From NCBI GenBank assembly GCA_038886535.1, contig JAVZXS010000001.1, forward strand, positions 180,636 to 244,635: DNA of 64,000 nucleotides. The letters are read 5' to 3'. The position numbers and the translations under genes were made by a program. Below are positions 21,271-30,345 of this stretch, one piece after another (positions within the stretch are counted from its first letter, which is position 1; every line of letters begins with the position of its first letter). The DNA is from Candidatus Micrarchaeia archaeon (GTDB lineage: Archaea; Micrarchaeota; Micrarchaeia; CABMEP01). The notes beneath the pieces are model-generated. The model did no database searches, was not told the origin of the DNA, and was given only the letters and a program-made list of their open reading frames with translations.

Positions 21271-22622
21271 TGGTGATTTGGATGGAGAATGAAATGGAGA
21301 AAATAAGTAAAAAAATTAGATTAGGCAAAAAGTTAAGTATTGCATTTATTCTCCTACTGATCCTTTCTCCATTGACGTATGCGCAAAACCAATTTGTAAT
21401 AAATTTCGGAACACTTCCATTTGGAAATTGCACTTATAATTCTCAGTGTACATCAAATCTTTGTGTAGAAGGTCAATGTGTTGCATGCACGGCAGATAAA
21501 AATTGTTCTTCAAACCTATGTGAAAACGGAATCTGTATTTCATGTTCTTCAGATTCTCAATGTAGCAGATCAACTAATTACTGTTTGAACGGTGTTTGTA
21601 CTGCTTGCTTGAGCGATTTGTCATGTTCTACAGGTCTTTGTTTGAATGGAGTATGTACAACATGTTCAAATGATATTCAATGTGCAGCAACAGGTTATCC
21701 TTGTATTTCAGGCAGATGTCAGCCATGCACGTCTGACGATCAATGCAGTGTTGGAATCTGCCAGGCTGGAGGAAGATGTAAATCCTGCAGTGAGATCGGA
21801 TGTCCAAACAACTGGATTTGTAATGCGGATACTGGAAAGTGCAGCTGCAGAAGCAATGGCCAATCATGTACATCAGGGTTAGAGTGTTGCACTGGTACAT
21901 GTAGAGCTGGAAGCTGTGCCTTATGTATACTTAATCAAGAATGTCAATCTGGGCAGGTTTGCTTAAATGGATTCTGCGTTCCAGAATCCGAAGCACAACC
22001 ATCACAACTGCCACCAGTTCCTACAACTACAAGTGGTGGAAGAAAATCTTCATCTTCAGATTATCAACAAGCGATCTCTATTCAGAGGGAAGTTGAAAGA
22101 GAGGCTGCAGCACCATTTATATACTCTATTTTCGGTGTAAGCAAAACAAAAATACAAGCAAGTGCTACATGTATAAAAGGTGCTTTATGTAGCACCAGCG
22201 CAGATTGCTGTGGTGCAGAATGTGTCAATGGCCAATGTTTATGTGCTAAAGGAGCATGTGTAACTTCAGGTGAATGCTGTACAGGTTATTGTGAAAACGG
22301 AGTATGTAGAAATCCACCTGTAATGAGTCTTTTCATTGCAGATGCCTTAAATAAACCGATAACATCCCAATTTGCATGCAGCGGTTTGATTGAAGAATGC
22401 GATCCAACTGAAACGCAATGTATTTCAATATGCAATGGTTTAACTGGTCTTTTAGCTTTGGTTTCTATAGGGTTTGGATTCTTTGTCTGGAGGGAATTTA
22501 ATCATCCAGTTCCCGGTTTGGTTGGTGTATTTGTTCCCATCTTAATAGGATTGATCACCTATCCATTTGTAGGGATAATAGTGGGAATAATAATGTTAGG
22601 ATTAATGCTTGCAAGACAATAG
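21270..22622 (+). CDS. Membrane-anchored cysteine-repeat surface protein (signal peptide, tandem Cys modules, Ser/Thr linker, C-terminal TM helices)
   Basis: Start overlaps the giant gene stop (TAATG). At least six tandem ~19-aa repeats of form C-x4-6-C-x3-4-G-x-C-x2-C. A second Cys-rich domain CCGAEC..CCTGYC follows, then two C-terminal TM helices. Confidence 0.7.
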   Translation: MVIWMENEMEKISKKIRLGKKLSIAFILLLILSPLTYAQNQFVINFGTLPFGNCTYNSQCTSNLCVEGQCVACTADKNCSSNLCENGICISCSSDSQCSRSTNYCLNGVCTACLSDLSCSTGLCLNGVCTTCSNDIQCAATGYPCISGRCQPCTSDDQCSVGICQAGGRCKSCSEIGCPNNWICNADTGKCSCRSNGQSCTSGLECCTGTCRAGSCALCILNQECQSGQVCLNGFCVPESEAQPSQLPPVPTTTSGGRKSSSSDYQQAISIQREVEREAAAPFIYSIFGVSKTKIQASATCIKGALCSTSADCCGAECVNGQCLCAKGACVTSGECCTGYCENGVCRNPPVMSLFIADALNKPITSQFACSGLIEECDPTETQCISICNGLTGLLALVSIGFGFFVWREFNHPVPGLVGVFVPILIGLITYPFVGIIVGIIMLGLMLARQ

Positions 22623-22639
22623 TTTAAAAGAGTGATAAT

Positions 22640-23161
22640 ATGTCAAAATATTCATTAGTGTTGTTTACAATTTTATTAGTATCGTTTGTATTTTCTTTAT
22701 CTGATCTTGGAGGTCCTTGTAAATATACTGGAGAGTGTAGACAAGGATTTTGTCTGAATAATACTTGTAGATTTCCTCAAGTTCTTGAAAAATATACAAT
22801 AGGTGAAAATTGCAGTTACACTGCACAGTGTAAAGATGGCTTTTGTAAAGATGGAGAGTGCATAATTCCATTGAGAGAGGAGACGCAGCTTCTTTCATTT
22901 GGAATTAAATCTGGCTGTGCAGGAATAATCGAGAACTGCACAGGTTATTTCTGTTTACTTTGTGACTTTTCATGGATACTTCTGATTGTCTCTGCAAGTA
23001 TTGCCTCATTCGTTGGAAGAAAGAGAGGAAGGTTACTGCCGGTCTTACTATTCGGTTTGCCTATGTTATTAGGTTTGATAGTTTTTCCAGTTCTTGGTTT
23101 TATGCTTGCACTTATAGAAATTTTAATTCTAGGAATAACAAAGAAAAAAGTATCTGGATAA
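22640..23161 (+). CDS. Small paralogous cysteine-repeat membrane protein
   Basis: Signal peptide. Two Cys modules (CKYTGECRQGFCLNNTC and CSYTAQCKDGFCKDGEC) of the same type as the preceding gene. C-terminal TM helices. Confidence 0.6.
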   Translation: MSKYSLVLFTILLVSFVFSLSDLGGPCKYTGECRQGFCLNNTCRFPQVLEKYTIGENCSYTAQCKDGFCKDGECIIPLREETQLLSFGIKSGCAGIIENCTGYFCLLCDFSWILLIVSASIASFVGRKRGRLLPVLLFGLPMLLGLIVFPVLGFMLALIEILILGITKKKVSG

Positions 23162-23231
23162 AATAGAGGAATCAATTATCATCTGTCGTTTTTAAACGAG
23201 AATGAATATAAAAATTTGCTTATAATATTTA

Positions 23232-24209
23232 TTGAGGCAGTATATGATAGGCGACAATATAAAAAGAGTGGAAGAGATAAGATATCTTATAAGCAAAAAG
23301 ACATTTGAATTAATGAAATACAAACTTTTAGGTAGATCAAATTTAGAAGATTTAGAGTCAGAGTTAAACTTATTAAAACAAGAAATGGCAAATCATCTAT
23401 CTTCCATTCAAGATGCAGGTTATGTATATATCTTAATTAATAAGAGAGAGATAGAAAAATTAAAAGAAGATTTCACAAAACTTTCTCAGGAGGAAAAGAT
23501 AAATGCATTTAAAGAAATAGGAAAAGGTTATGAAATACTTTTTAAATCCAATTTACTTCTTAAGAAAAACTACGAAAATAGAGAAACTATAGCTACACTC
23601 ATACTCTCTCTTCCGGCAGATGACAAGATAGTTCAGATCGTAAAGAATTATTTAGAAGGTTACTCTGATGGTGGAGAATTTAAGTTAGAAAGTCAACTTG
23701 CTTCCTCTAGGATTTCTTCACTTATTTCTTCTTTAGGTTTTATCTCTTCTTTCGAAGGTGAAAATGTTATTTTAGGAAATTCATTTAACAAAAACAAATT
23801 AAAAGAAGAAATAGTTAAAGATGTTTTTCCAATAGATAATGATATAACGGAAACTGGTTCTGATTTAAGACGTCAAGAATTTCTTGATTCGCATATTAGA
23901 GCAGAAATAAATGATATAGAAGAAACAAAGCCAATACCAGCACAAATTTTAGATAAAAATGAAAATAAAGAAAATTATAAGGAGAGTACAGGTCAAAGCC
24001 AATTATCTTCAGAAGATCTTCAACCAAATCTGACATATAATGAAGTATGTCAAAAGATAGAAGAAATTATGAATAATTACAAGATGAAAAGATGGGTTCT
24101 AGGCGCATTTAAGGACGATGAAGAAAAAAAACAATACGAAAAAATACAATCACTTTTAATCAAGCTTATTCGTCTGAAACAGTCAATGGAAGAAAAAGGG
24201 GAGAAATAG
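23232..24209 (+). CDS. Hypothetical coiled-coil protein
   Basis: Long ORF, charged and helical; no motifs I recognise. Confidence 0.4.
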   Translation: MRQYMIGDNIKRVEEIRYLISKKTFELMKYKLLGRSNLEDLESELNLLKQEMANHLSSIQDAGYVYILINKREIEKLKEDFTKLSQEEKINAFKEIGKGYEILFKSNLLLKKNYENRETIATLILSLPADDKIVQIVKNYLEGYSDGGEFKLESQLASSRISSLISSLGFISSFEGENVILGNSFNKNKLKEEIVKDVFPIDNDITETGSDLRRQEFLDSHIRAEINDIEETKPIPAQILDKNENKENYKESTGQSQLSSEDLQPNLTYNEVCQKIEEIMNNYKMKRWVLGAFKDDEEKKQYEKIQSLLIKLIRLKQSMEEKGEK

Positions 24210-24240
24210 GTAAAAAGAAACAAAAGACAAAAATAAAAGT

Positions 24241-25431
24241 TTAGAATTTTAATTGTGTACCTAGAACTAATTTTGAATCCTGTCTGTTTTCTTCGTTGTA
24301 AAGTCTGATTATTTTCTGGAGCGTATGTGTATATCCGATCTTAATCGCAAAGTTTCTTATAATCTCTCTTTTATAATAGAAATTAATTGTGTCTATAACT
24401 TCTTTTTCTAGGAAGTTATTAAATGATCCGTCTGTATCATTATATTTTCTAGTTGTTTTGGTGTACTCTCCTACAACTAAGTTCTTTCCTAATGTTATAG
24501 GTAATCTTACTCCAATTTCAGTTTTACTTGTCTTTATATCATTGTTTCTTTTGTGTGTTTCAAATACAAAATAATAAGCACCAGGTTGGCAGCTTCCAAG
24601 ATAGCATATATCCCCTTGAATTGCATATTCATCAATATCGTCTAAGGAATGATTTATAGTTCCTTTAGCCTTGATAAACCAAATTATGGGAGTTATATTT
24701 TGATTTATTATATATTGTAAATAAAATTTGTTTCCCATATAAGATGCATTCATATCTTCATTTAACATCTCGTTATTATTTTTATCTCCATATATAGTTA
24801 TTGGGTTTCCATTTACATCATAACCTATGAGTAAACCTACATCCTTACGTAAAGAGTTGTATTTCATAACCCACTTTTTCTGTATTTCTTCATTGTAGTA
24901 ACCAATTCCAAATTTTATTTTTTCATTAACCCCATCTGGCGCTATACTTGTGCCAATACCAAAAAATCCACCAGTTAATTTTGTTTCGTCATTATTTTTA
25001 TAATCGGTGTAATCTCCATATATAGATTTACCTGTATATTTTGAATCTATGGATTCTTTTCCTCTGTTTATTTCGATCTGTAAAAATGTTCTTCCAACTA
25101 CTTCATTCTTCCAATAAATAGAAACATTAGAATATGTATTTGAGACATTGTCTTTGCTATTAAAATAGTTATCTTTTTGGATTTCAGAAATATTTTTATC
25201 ATCTATATGATATTCGTATTCTATTACAGTTCCATTTTCATAATGCTCCTTTATGAATGGAGTTTTAATTGGATCTTCGGCCTTAATGTTCCTTCCAAAA
25301 ACCATCAAACTAAGACCAAGAATCCCTATTTTTGCAGCTTTCCATATTCTATTTTCTTTTCCCATATTTTTAGGTCTAACATTCTCACAATTTTTTTCAA
25401 TATTTTCCATATTCCTCCCACCAATAATCAA
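24241..25431 (-). CDS. Secreted beta-rich protein with outer-membrane-barrel-like features; likely start at the internal MGKEN (about 25365)
   Basis: Signal peptide KAAKIGILGLSLMVFG. Y/G/N-rich alternating strands (KIKFGIGYYN, VGLLIGYDVNG, FAIKIGYTHTL). Terminal residues VLGTQLKF end in Phe. Confidence 0.5.
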   Translation of the reverse strand: MIIGGRNMENIEKNCENVRPKNMGKENRIWKAAKIGILGLSLMVFGRNIKAEDPIKTPFIKEHYENGTVIEYEYHIDDKNISEIQKDNYFNSKDNVSNTYSNVSIYWKNEVVGRTFLQIEINRGKESIDSKYTGKSIYGDYTDYKNNDETKLTGGFFGIGTSIAPDGVNEKIKFGIGYYNEEIQKKWVMKYNSLRKDVGLLIGYDVNGNPITIYGDKNNNEMLNEDMNASYMGNKFYLQYIINQNITPIIWFIKAKGTINHSLDDIDEYAIQGDICYLGSCQPGAYYFVFETHKRNNDIKTSKTEIGVRLPITLGKNLVVGEYTKTTRKYNDTDGSFNNFLEKEVIDTINFYYKREIIRNFAIKIGYTHTLQKIIRLYNEENRQDSKLVLGTQLKF

Positions 25432-25606
25432 TTTACATTACTTTTTGGACACAAATGAGATATATAAACTTTTCGTTTTAGTGGTTTATCAGCCATAAAA
25501 ATCAGTTGTTTTAGGATCTTAATCCTGATCTAGCCTCTAATTAGCTTTATCTTGTAATAAAAATAGTAGCAGTCTAAGAGATTCAAATTAAATGAAAAAG
25601 AGTATT

Positions 25607-26083
25607 TCATTTCTTTGTTTTCTGGATAAGCTGTTTTTCAACATACTCAAGCTTGTTTGCAAGTTTTTCTATTTCTTTTCGTATCAATGAGATCTCACTA
25701 GAAATTTTAGTTTTAAATTCTGTAGTTTTTCCTGCTTCTTTTATTGATTCAAGACGTTCATTAAGTCTTTCTAATGTCTTTTTAGAAGCAGAAAGATCGT
25801 ATAAAATCATGTTTTGGAATGCCTGTGTAGTTATCGGAATTATTACGGGTTTGAAGCCACTTATGCTTTCTATTTTTGCTTCTTCTATCTTCTCTGCCTG
25901 CGCGGTCTCTTTTGCAATCTTCTTTACCATTTTCTTAAGCGTACTAAGATTTAGCATTCTAATATCTGTTTTTTTGAGTATTTCATCTTTAAGTTCTTCC
26001 ATCTTTGCTTTACTTATTTTCTTTGTTTTTACTCCCTTAAGAAAAGCGACAATTATTTCACGAGTTTTTTGATCTATCTCCAT
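25607..26083 (-). CDS. Hypothetical coiled-coil protein
   Basis: 158-aa charged ORF. Confidence 0.4.
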   Translation of the reverse strand: MEIDQKTREIIVAFLKGVKTKKISKAKMEELKDEILKKTDIRMLNLSTLKKMVKKIAKETAQAEKIEEAKIESISGFKPVIIPITTQAFQNMILYDLSASKKTLERLNERLESIKEAGKTTEFKTKISSEISLIRKEIEKLANKLEYVEKQLIQKTKK

Positions 26084-26183
26084 ATCGCTCTACCCTCTCA
26101 ATCAATATATCTCCTGTCATTTATATTATATTTTAATATTGTCTGAAAAGATTTTTAAATTGTATAAAGTGTAAACGATTTAA

Positions 26184-27353
26184 CTAACAGAAAAAAGAGT
26201 TTAGAGAGACCTGAATCCCTCTTTGCGATATTTCCTTTAAAAGTTTACTTTCTTTTATCCAATCTTTTATTTTAATAGTTAATCTACTATTAACATATCT
26301 TAATGTTTCTTTTAAAGTTTGGAATTTTACAGGCTCTTTCTTTAGTGCTTCTCTCACACATTCTCTTGTTAACCATACTCCAAGTGGTATGTAATCCTTG
26401 TATGCCTCTCTAAGGATTATTACAGCTGCCTGCTTTTTCTTTTTTTCAAGTAATTCACTTACTGCAAGTCTACAGCTGTAGTAACATCCTCCTATTAATG
26501 CGTATTCTTTTTTCTTATGATAAAGTTCATAATCGCTGAATATATCCACTTTAGTGCCATCTTCTGAATAAAACGCCTCCATAGATTCATAACTCCATTG
26601 CTGGGGAATAAATATTATAACAAATTTATTTCTCATATGTTCATATTCGTAAACAAGGTACTCCTCTAGTTGCGGATATTCTCTTATATTTTCCAGCATT
26701 CTTTCGCTTATTGTACTATCAACCGCTGTAATCGACCACCTAGTTGGAACGAGTTTTCTATTTTTCTTTAATCCAAATGCACCTACACTTAAGGCTCTTT
26801 GAATTGCACTAACGTTTACACCTTTTTTATACAATTCAAATACTGCATCAGATGCCTTTAGGTCTGTATCGTAATACATTTTCTCTATTTTTTCATCGTA
26901 TTTACTGTTGCCAATGTACCAATTTTTTATTGGTGCGGAAGGACCAAAAGGCTGCAATTCTTCATGGAAAAATCCTCCAGTAGGCTTCTTTGCAAATTCA
27001 AGTTCTACTTCAGTTGAAAATTTTGAAAGCGCAATATCTCTAATATTGTCAATGAATCTATTTTCTTCTTTTATTCCGACTAACTTTTTACCTCTTACAA
27101 GCTGAAGCCTTAGATTTACAATCTCTTCAGGATTTGACATTTTATTTAACCAACATTCCGGTAGATCCATTATTTTTGTATCACCATGCAATGGTGGTGT
27201 CATAGGTCCGACATAAACTTTTGGATAACCATAACTGCCTATAAATACAGAAGGAGGAGTTGCTCCATCCATTTTTTCACTTACGTCTACTGATTTGAAG
27301 AATCTTGTCTTTTCGTATATTCTTGCAAGAAGTGCAGCCTTTCCCTTTATCAT
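26184..27353 (-). CDS. Putative Nre-family DNA repair protein with a C-terminal PCNA-interacting (PIP) box
   Basis: 4 bp downstream of the XPF gene. The C terminus QVSLNSFF fits PIP consensus Qxx[LIM]xxF[FY]. Family assignment (Nre_N/Nre_C) is from memory and is inferred. Confidence 0.45.
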   Translation of the reverse strand: MIKGKAALLARIYEKTRFFKSVDVSEKMDGATPPSVFIGSYGYPKVYVGPMTPPLHGDTKIMDLPECWLNKMSNPEEIVNLRLQLVRGKKLVGIKEENRFIDNIRDIALSKFSTEVELEFAKKPTGGFFHEELQPFGPSAPIKNWYIGNSKYDEKIEKMYYDTDLKASDAVFELYKKGVNVSAIQRALSVGAFGLKKNRKLVPTRWSITAVDSTISERMLENIREYPQLEEYLVYEYEHMRNKFVIIFIPQQWSYESMEAFYSEDGTKVDIFSDYELYHKKKEYALIGGCYYSCRLAVSELLEKKKKQAAVIILREAYKDYIPLGVWLTRECVREALKKEPVKFQTLKETLRYVNSRLTIKIKDWIKESKLLKEISQRGIQVSLNSFFC

Positions 27354-27357
27354 AGAT

Positions 27358-28059
27358 TCACTCTTTATTAGAATGTATAAGCAGATATACTCTTTTTGCT
27401 TTTGCCTTTCCTATTACTCTCTCAATCTCCTTTATATCAGAAGTGAAGAATCTTTCTAAAGTTCCAAATTCCTGAAGTATCTTTTCTGCTGTCGATGGCC
27501 CTATTGATGGAAAGGATTGAAGAACCCTTAACTGTTCATCCCTAAATGAAAATGTTTTAGTCTTTACCAAGAGTCTTAACGGTCGTGATTCTTGCATCTG
27601 TTCTTTTTTTGCTATTAAGGATATGTATTTTGCAGTTTCTTCAATATTTTTTGTGTTTATTACATGAATTCCGTAATTCATTATAATCGAGAGATATGCA
27701 CCTATAAATGCGTTTTGTCTTATTCTTTCTGCCTTCATATGTCCTTCTATTATAAGAATAGGGATCTCATAGTTCTCACTCATTTTTGTTGCCTGTTCAA
27801 AAAGACGATTATCTATTATACTTGACTCGAAATCACTTGAAGTTTTTCTTTCTATTACTATTCGATTCGATATGATAATATCTCCGATTTCTAATTGTTT
27901 TAAGTTAACTTTTATGTCATGTTTTTCTACTAATTCTATAAGTTCTTCAGATTCTCGAGAATCAATAAAAATTTCAACATTCTTTTCTTTATAAAATTCA
28001 GATATTTGGGACTGTTCTACTCTTTCGTATTTACTTTGTTCATTCTGTTCTTTTTCCAT
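27358..28059 (-). CDS. xpf: Short-form XPF/ERCC4 structure-specific endonuclease (nuclease plus HhH2)
   Basis: ERCC4 motif GDIIISNRIVIERKTSSD (GDxn-ERKxxxD). C-terminal tandem helix-hairpin-helix LQSFPSIGPSTAEKILQEFG. Confidence 0.75.
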   Translation of the reverse strand: MEKEQNEQSKYERVEQSQISEFYKEKNVEIFIDSRESEELIELVEKHDIKVNLKQLEIGDIIISNRIVIERKTSSDFESSIIDNRLFEQATKMSENYEIPILIIEGHMKAERIRQNAFIGAYLSIIMNYGIHVINTKNIEETAKYISLIAKKEQMQESRPLRLLVKTKTFSFRDEQLRVLQSFPSIGPSTAEKILQEFGTLERFFTSDIKEIERVIGKAKAKRVYLLIHSNKE

Positions 28060-28121
28060 AGGTAAAATTTAGATTTGATATTATTAATCTTTTCTATACT
28101 AAACTTCTAGTGATCTGAGGA

Positions 28122-28847
28122 TTAAACTATTCTTGACAATTCCTCTATTTCTTCGAAGCTTATCGAACAGCCATTGAATTTTAGAGCATATAAAGCAGCT
28201 TTGTAAGCTTCTCTCTCAAGATCTCCAAATTTCTTGAAATACCCTTTAGATTTTGCAAGTGCAAGAATCTCACTGCTTCTTATTACATTTATTCCAGCTG
28301 TCATCTCTCTAAATCTTCTAAAAAGGAGGTCATTAATATTCATTTTAATTCTAAATTCATTTTCTATGTGCTTTTTTAATTCAAATGGTGATTCTATGAG
28401 CATTCTTGTAGTTCTTTCATCCATCAACACAAATCCAACTTTATTATCTATTGCTGTAGCTAGCATCTCTGCTTCCCCATGATTAACAAGATGAAAGGGT
28501 CTATCTGTGTAGAACATGTTATTTGTGACTCTGAGTATCTCATCATAAGTACTTTTTTCATACTTTCCAATTCTAAATGCTCCAGATTTGAGTGCTCTTT
28601 TTATTCTTATTGCTGAAAATGCATATTCTGGTTTTTTAATTGGAGTGTTTATACTTTCATCAATCACCCCTTCAGTAATGATGAGATCTCCTTTTATCTC
28701 TTTTCTTAACATCATGAGTGCACCTAAAAGACCAGCATCCGTAAGAGAAATAAGCGAAGATGAATCACAAACTACTGAATTTGGATTTATTCGCCTTTCT
28801 CTATCTTCTTTAAAATATTCTGTTCTATCAATATCTTCTCGTACCAT
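28122..28847 (-). CDS. PIN-domain nuclease-like protein with C-terminal extension
   Basis: N-terminal VVCDSSSLISLTDAGLL fits the PIN first-strand/Asp pattern. Confidence 0.45.
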   Translation of the reverse strand: MVREDIDRTEYFKEDRERRINPNSVVCDSSSLISLTDAGLLGALMMLRKEIKGDLIITEGVIDESINTPIKKPEYAFSAIRIKRALKSGAFRIGKYEKSTYDEILRVTNNMFYTDRPFHLVNHGEAEMLATAIDNKVGFVLMDERTTRMLIESPFELKKHIENEFRIKMNINDLLFRRFREMTAGINVIRSSEILALAKSKGYFKKFGDLEREAYKAALYALKFNGCSISFEEIEELSRIV

Positions 28848-29425
28848 TAAGATACCTCTTTCTTATTTCTTTCTTTAAGAATTTTCTTTGCAATATTAAA
28901 TCTTTCTTTAGCGCTTATTGTTCTTCCTACTCTATCAGACATCACTGTCTTACCTGAATAATTAAGTACTTCTTGTTTTTGTGCACCTGTTATTGAAATA
29001 GTTCTACTTAGTGACAGACCTTGTGCATATAGACTTGCAGCTATTTTTGTTCTTCCTTTTTCTATTATACCGATTATATATCTTTTATCTTTTTCATCAA
29101 AATCTGTAATTGTTTCAAGTGTTTTCCATACAGAACTTATCAGTGCAATTTCATCCTTAGATTTTGCAAATTGAACCGCCTGTGTAAGATTAATGTCTAT
29201 CTTTTGATATAGGGAAGCATTTCTAAATCTAGCCTTTACGAGAATCTTAGAAAGAGTATAGGAAAGTAAAGCTAGTGTAAAGAATAATTTTTCATCAAGA
29301 AGAATATTTTTTTCACATTTATTGTTAATTTCCCTTAATTTTTTTATATCATAATCCTTAAATGCGAGCTTGATCTGATTTATACATTCTATCATTTCTA
29401 GTTCCTTATTTATTTCTTTTATCAT
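28847..29425 (-). CDS. Hypothetical protein; its stop overlaps the start of the PIN gene
   Basis: ORF translationally coupled to the downstream PIN gene. Confidence 0.4.
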   Translation of the reverse strand: MIKEINKELEMIECINQIKLAFKDYDIKKLREINNKCEKNILLDEKLFFTLALLSYTLSKILVKARFRNASLYQKIDINLTQAVQFAKSKDEIALISSVWKTLETITDFDEKDKRYIIGIIEKGRTKIAASLYAQGLSLSRTISITGAQKQEVLNYSGKTVMSDRVGRTISAKERFNIAKKILKERNKKEVS

Positions 29426-29495
29426 GAATTGTTTTTGATGGTTATAATTTTAAATCTTCTTTTTATGCATAAATTTGTAATCAAAATAGTTCCTA

Positions 29496-29620
29496 TTTTT
29501 GGAAGCGAAAAATGTCGCTTCGACGTAAAAGAAAAAGCAAAGCTTTATAAATCTTAACTGTCATGATAGTATCATGACACATAAATTAGAATCATGATTG
29601 GTATGGTTCCAATCGTGATC
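29496..29620. promoter_or_regulatory. Cluster of inverted repeats in a divergent intergenic region (hairpin GAAGCGA-n7-TCGCTTC; perfect 21-bp palindrome TGTCATGATAGTATCATGACA; imperfect ATCATGATTGG-n7-CCAATCGTGAT)
   Basis: Palindromes read directly from the sequence. They share a TCATGA core and lie upstream of the winged-helix regulator gene. Confidence 0.5.
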
Positions 29621-29741
29621 TGTTTTGTGTGTCTTAATAGTATATGTTCATATGGGCTTAAAAAGCTTGCGGTATGGGCGACAAGGCGGAAATGCAAAAC
29701 GCATGAATGCCGGCAGATCGCCAATATAGACAAGTGGGAAT

Positions 29742-30257
29742 ATGAAACCACAAGAAAACAAAAATGAAGAGTTCGAAAATACGCTTGAATACAAGGTTGC
29801 GAATTTCAAGAAAGAGGCAAACGAAGAAATCGCAGCTCTTGAAAGAGAGATCGCTAAGCTAAGAGATCCCACCGTCCATTCCGCTCTTATGTATCTTTCA
29901 GTTAAAGAAAAGGAGAACACTAATCGATTATTAAAAAATATATACGCGAGGCTTGACCAGCTCGAGGAAAAATTGAAGCAGATGGAACAGAAATTAAGCA
30001 GCGTTGGCACTGTACCCTCAAATTCAGCGCCAGCGCTCTTGCTCTCATCAGTTGATCAAAAGATAATCGATTACATAAAAGAAAACGGTCCCTCCTCTGC
30101 AGAGACCATACAAAAGGTTTTTGCATACAAGGGAAGAAATGCCGCATCTGCAAGATTGAATAAACTTGCAACATTCGGCTATCTTGTAAAGCAGAGGGCA
30201 GGAAAAGTAATTTATTATGCTTACCCAGATAATCAAAGCGAGGCGAATTTGAGGTAG
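29742..30257 (+). CDS. Winged-helix DNA-binding protein (N-terminal coiled coil, C-terminal wHTH), in a compositionally atypical segment
   Basis: C-terminal DQKIIDYIKENGPSSAETIQKVFAYKGRNAASARLNKLATFGYLVKQRAGKVIYYA is wHTH-like. Local GC is visibly higher than the flanks. Three overlapping minus ORFs here are antisense noise. Confidence 0.55.
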   Translation: MKPQENKNEEFENTLEYKVANFKKEANEEIAALEREIAKLRDPTVHSALMYLSVKEKENTNRLLKNIYARLDQLEEKLKQMEQKLSSVGTVPSNSAPALLLSSVDQKIIDYIKENGPSSAETIQKVFAYKGRNAASARLNKLATFGYLVKQRAGKVIYYAYPDNQSEANLR

Positions 30258-30267
30258 TGTGCGAGGC

Positions 30268-30345
30268 GACAAAGAGGCGGGGGTTATGACCAACCCCCAA
30301 TCATACTTATGGGCGGGTGAGAACTCCCACACATTCCCGCCCTAC
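30268..30345 (+). terminator. Two GC-rich hairpins (GGGGGTT-n8-AACCCCC and GGGCGGG-n18-CCCGCCC) followed by a T-rich tract
   Basis: Inverted repeats read directly, sitting just after the stop of the wHTH gene. Confidence 0.4.

Noticed and set aside
29648-30332. Three overlapping minus-strand ORFs (120, 126 and 94 aa)
   Set aside because: They are antisense to the wHTH gene in a GC-richer islet where random ORFs run longer. They lack motifs and overlap one another.
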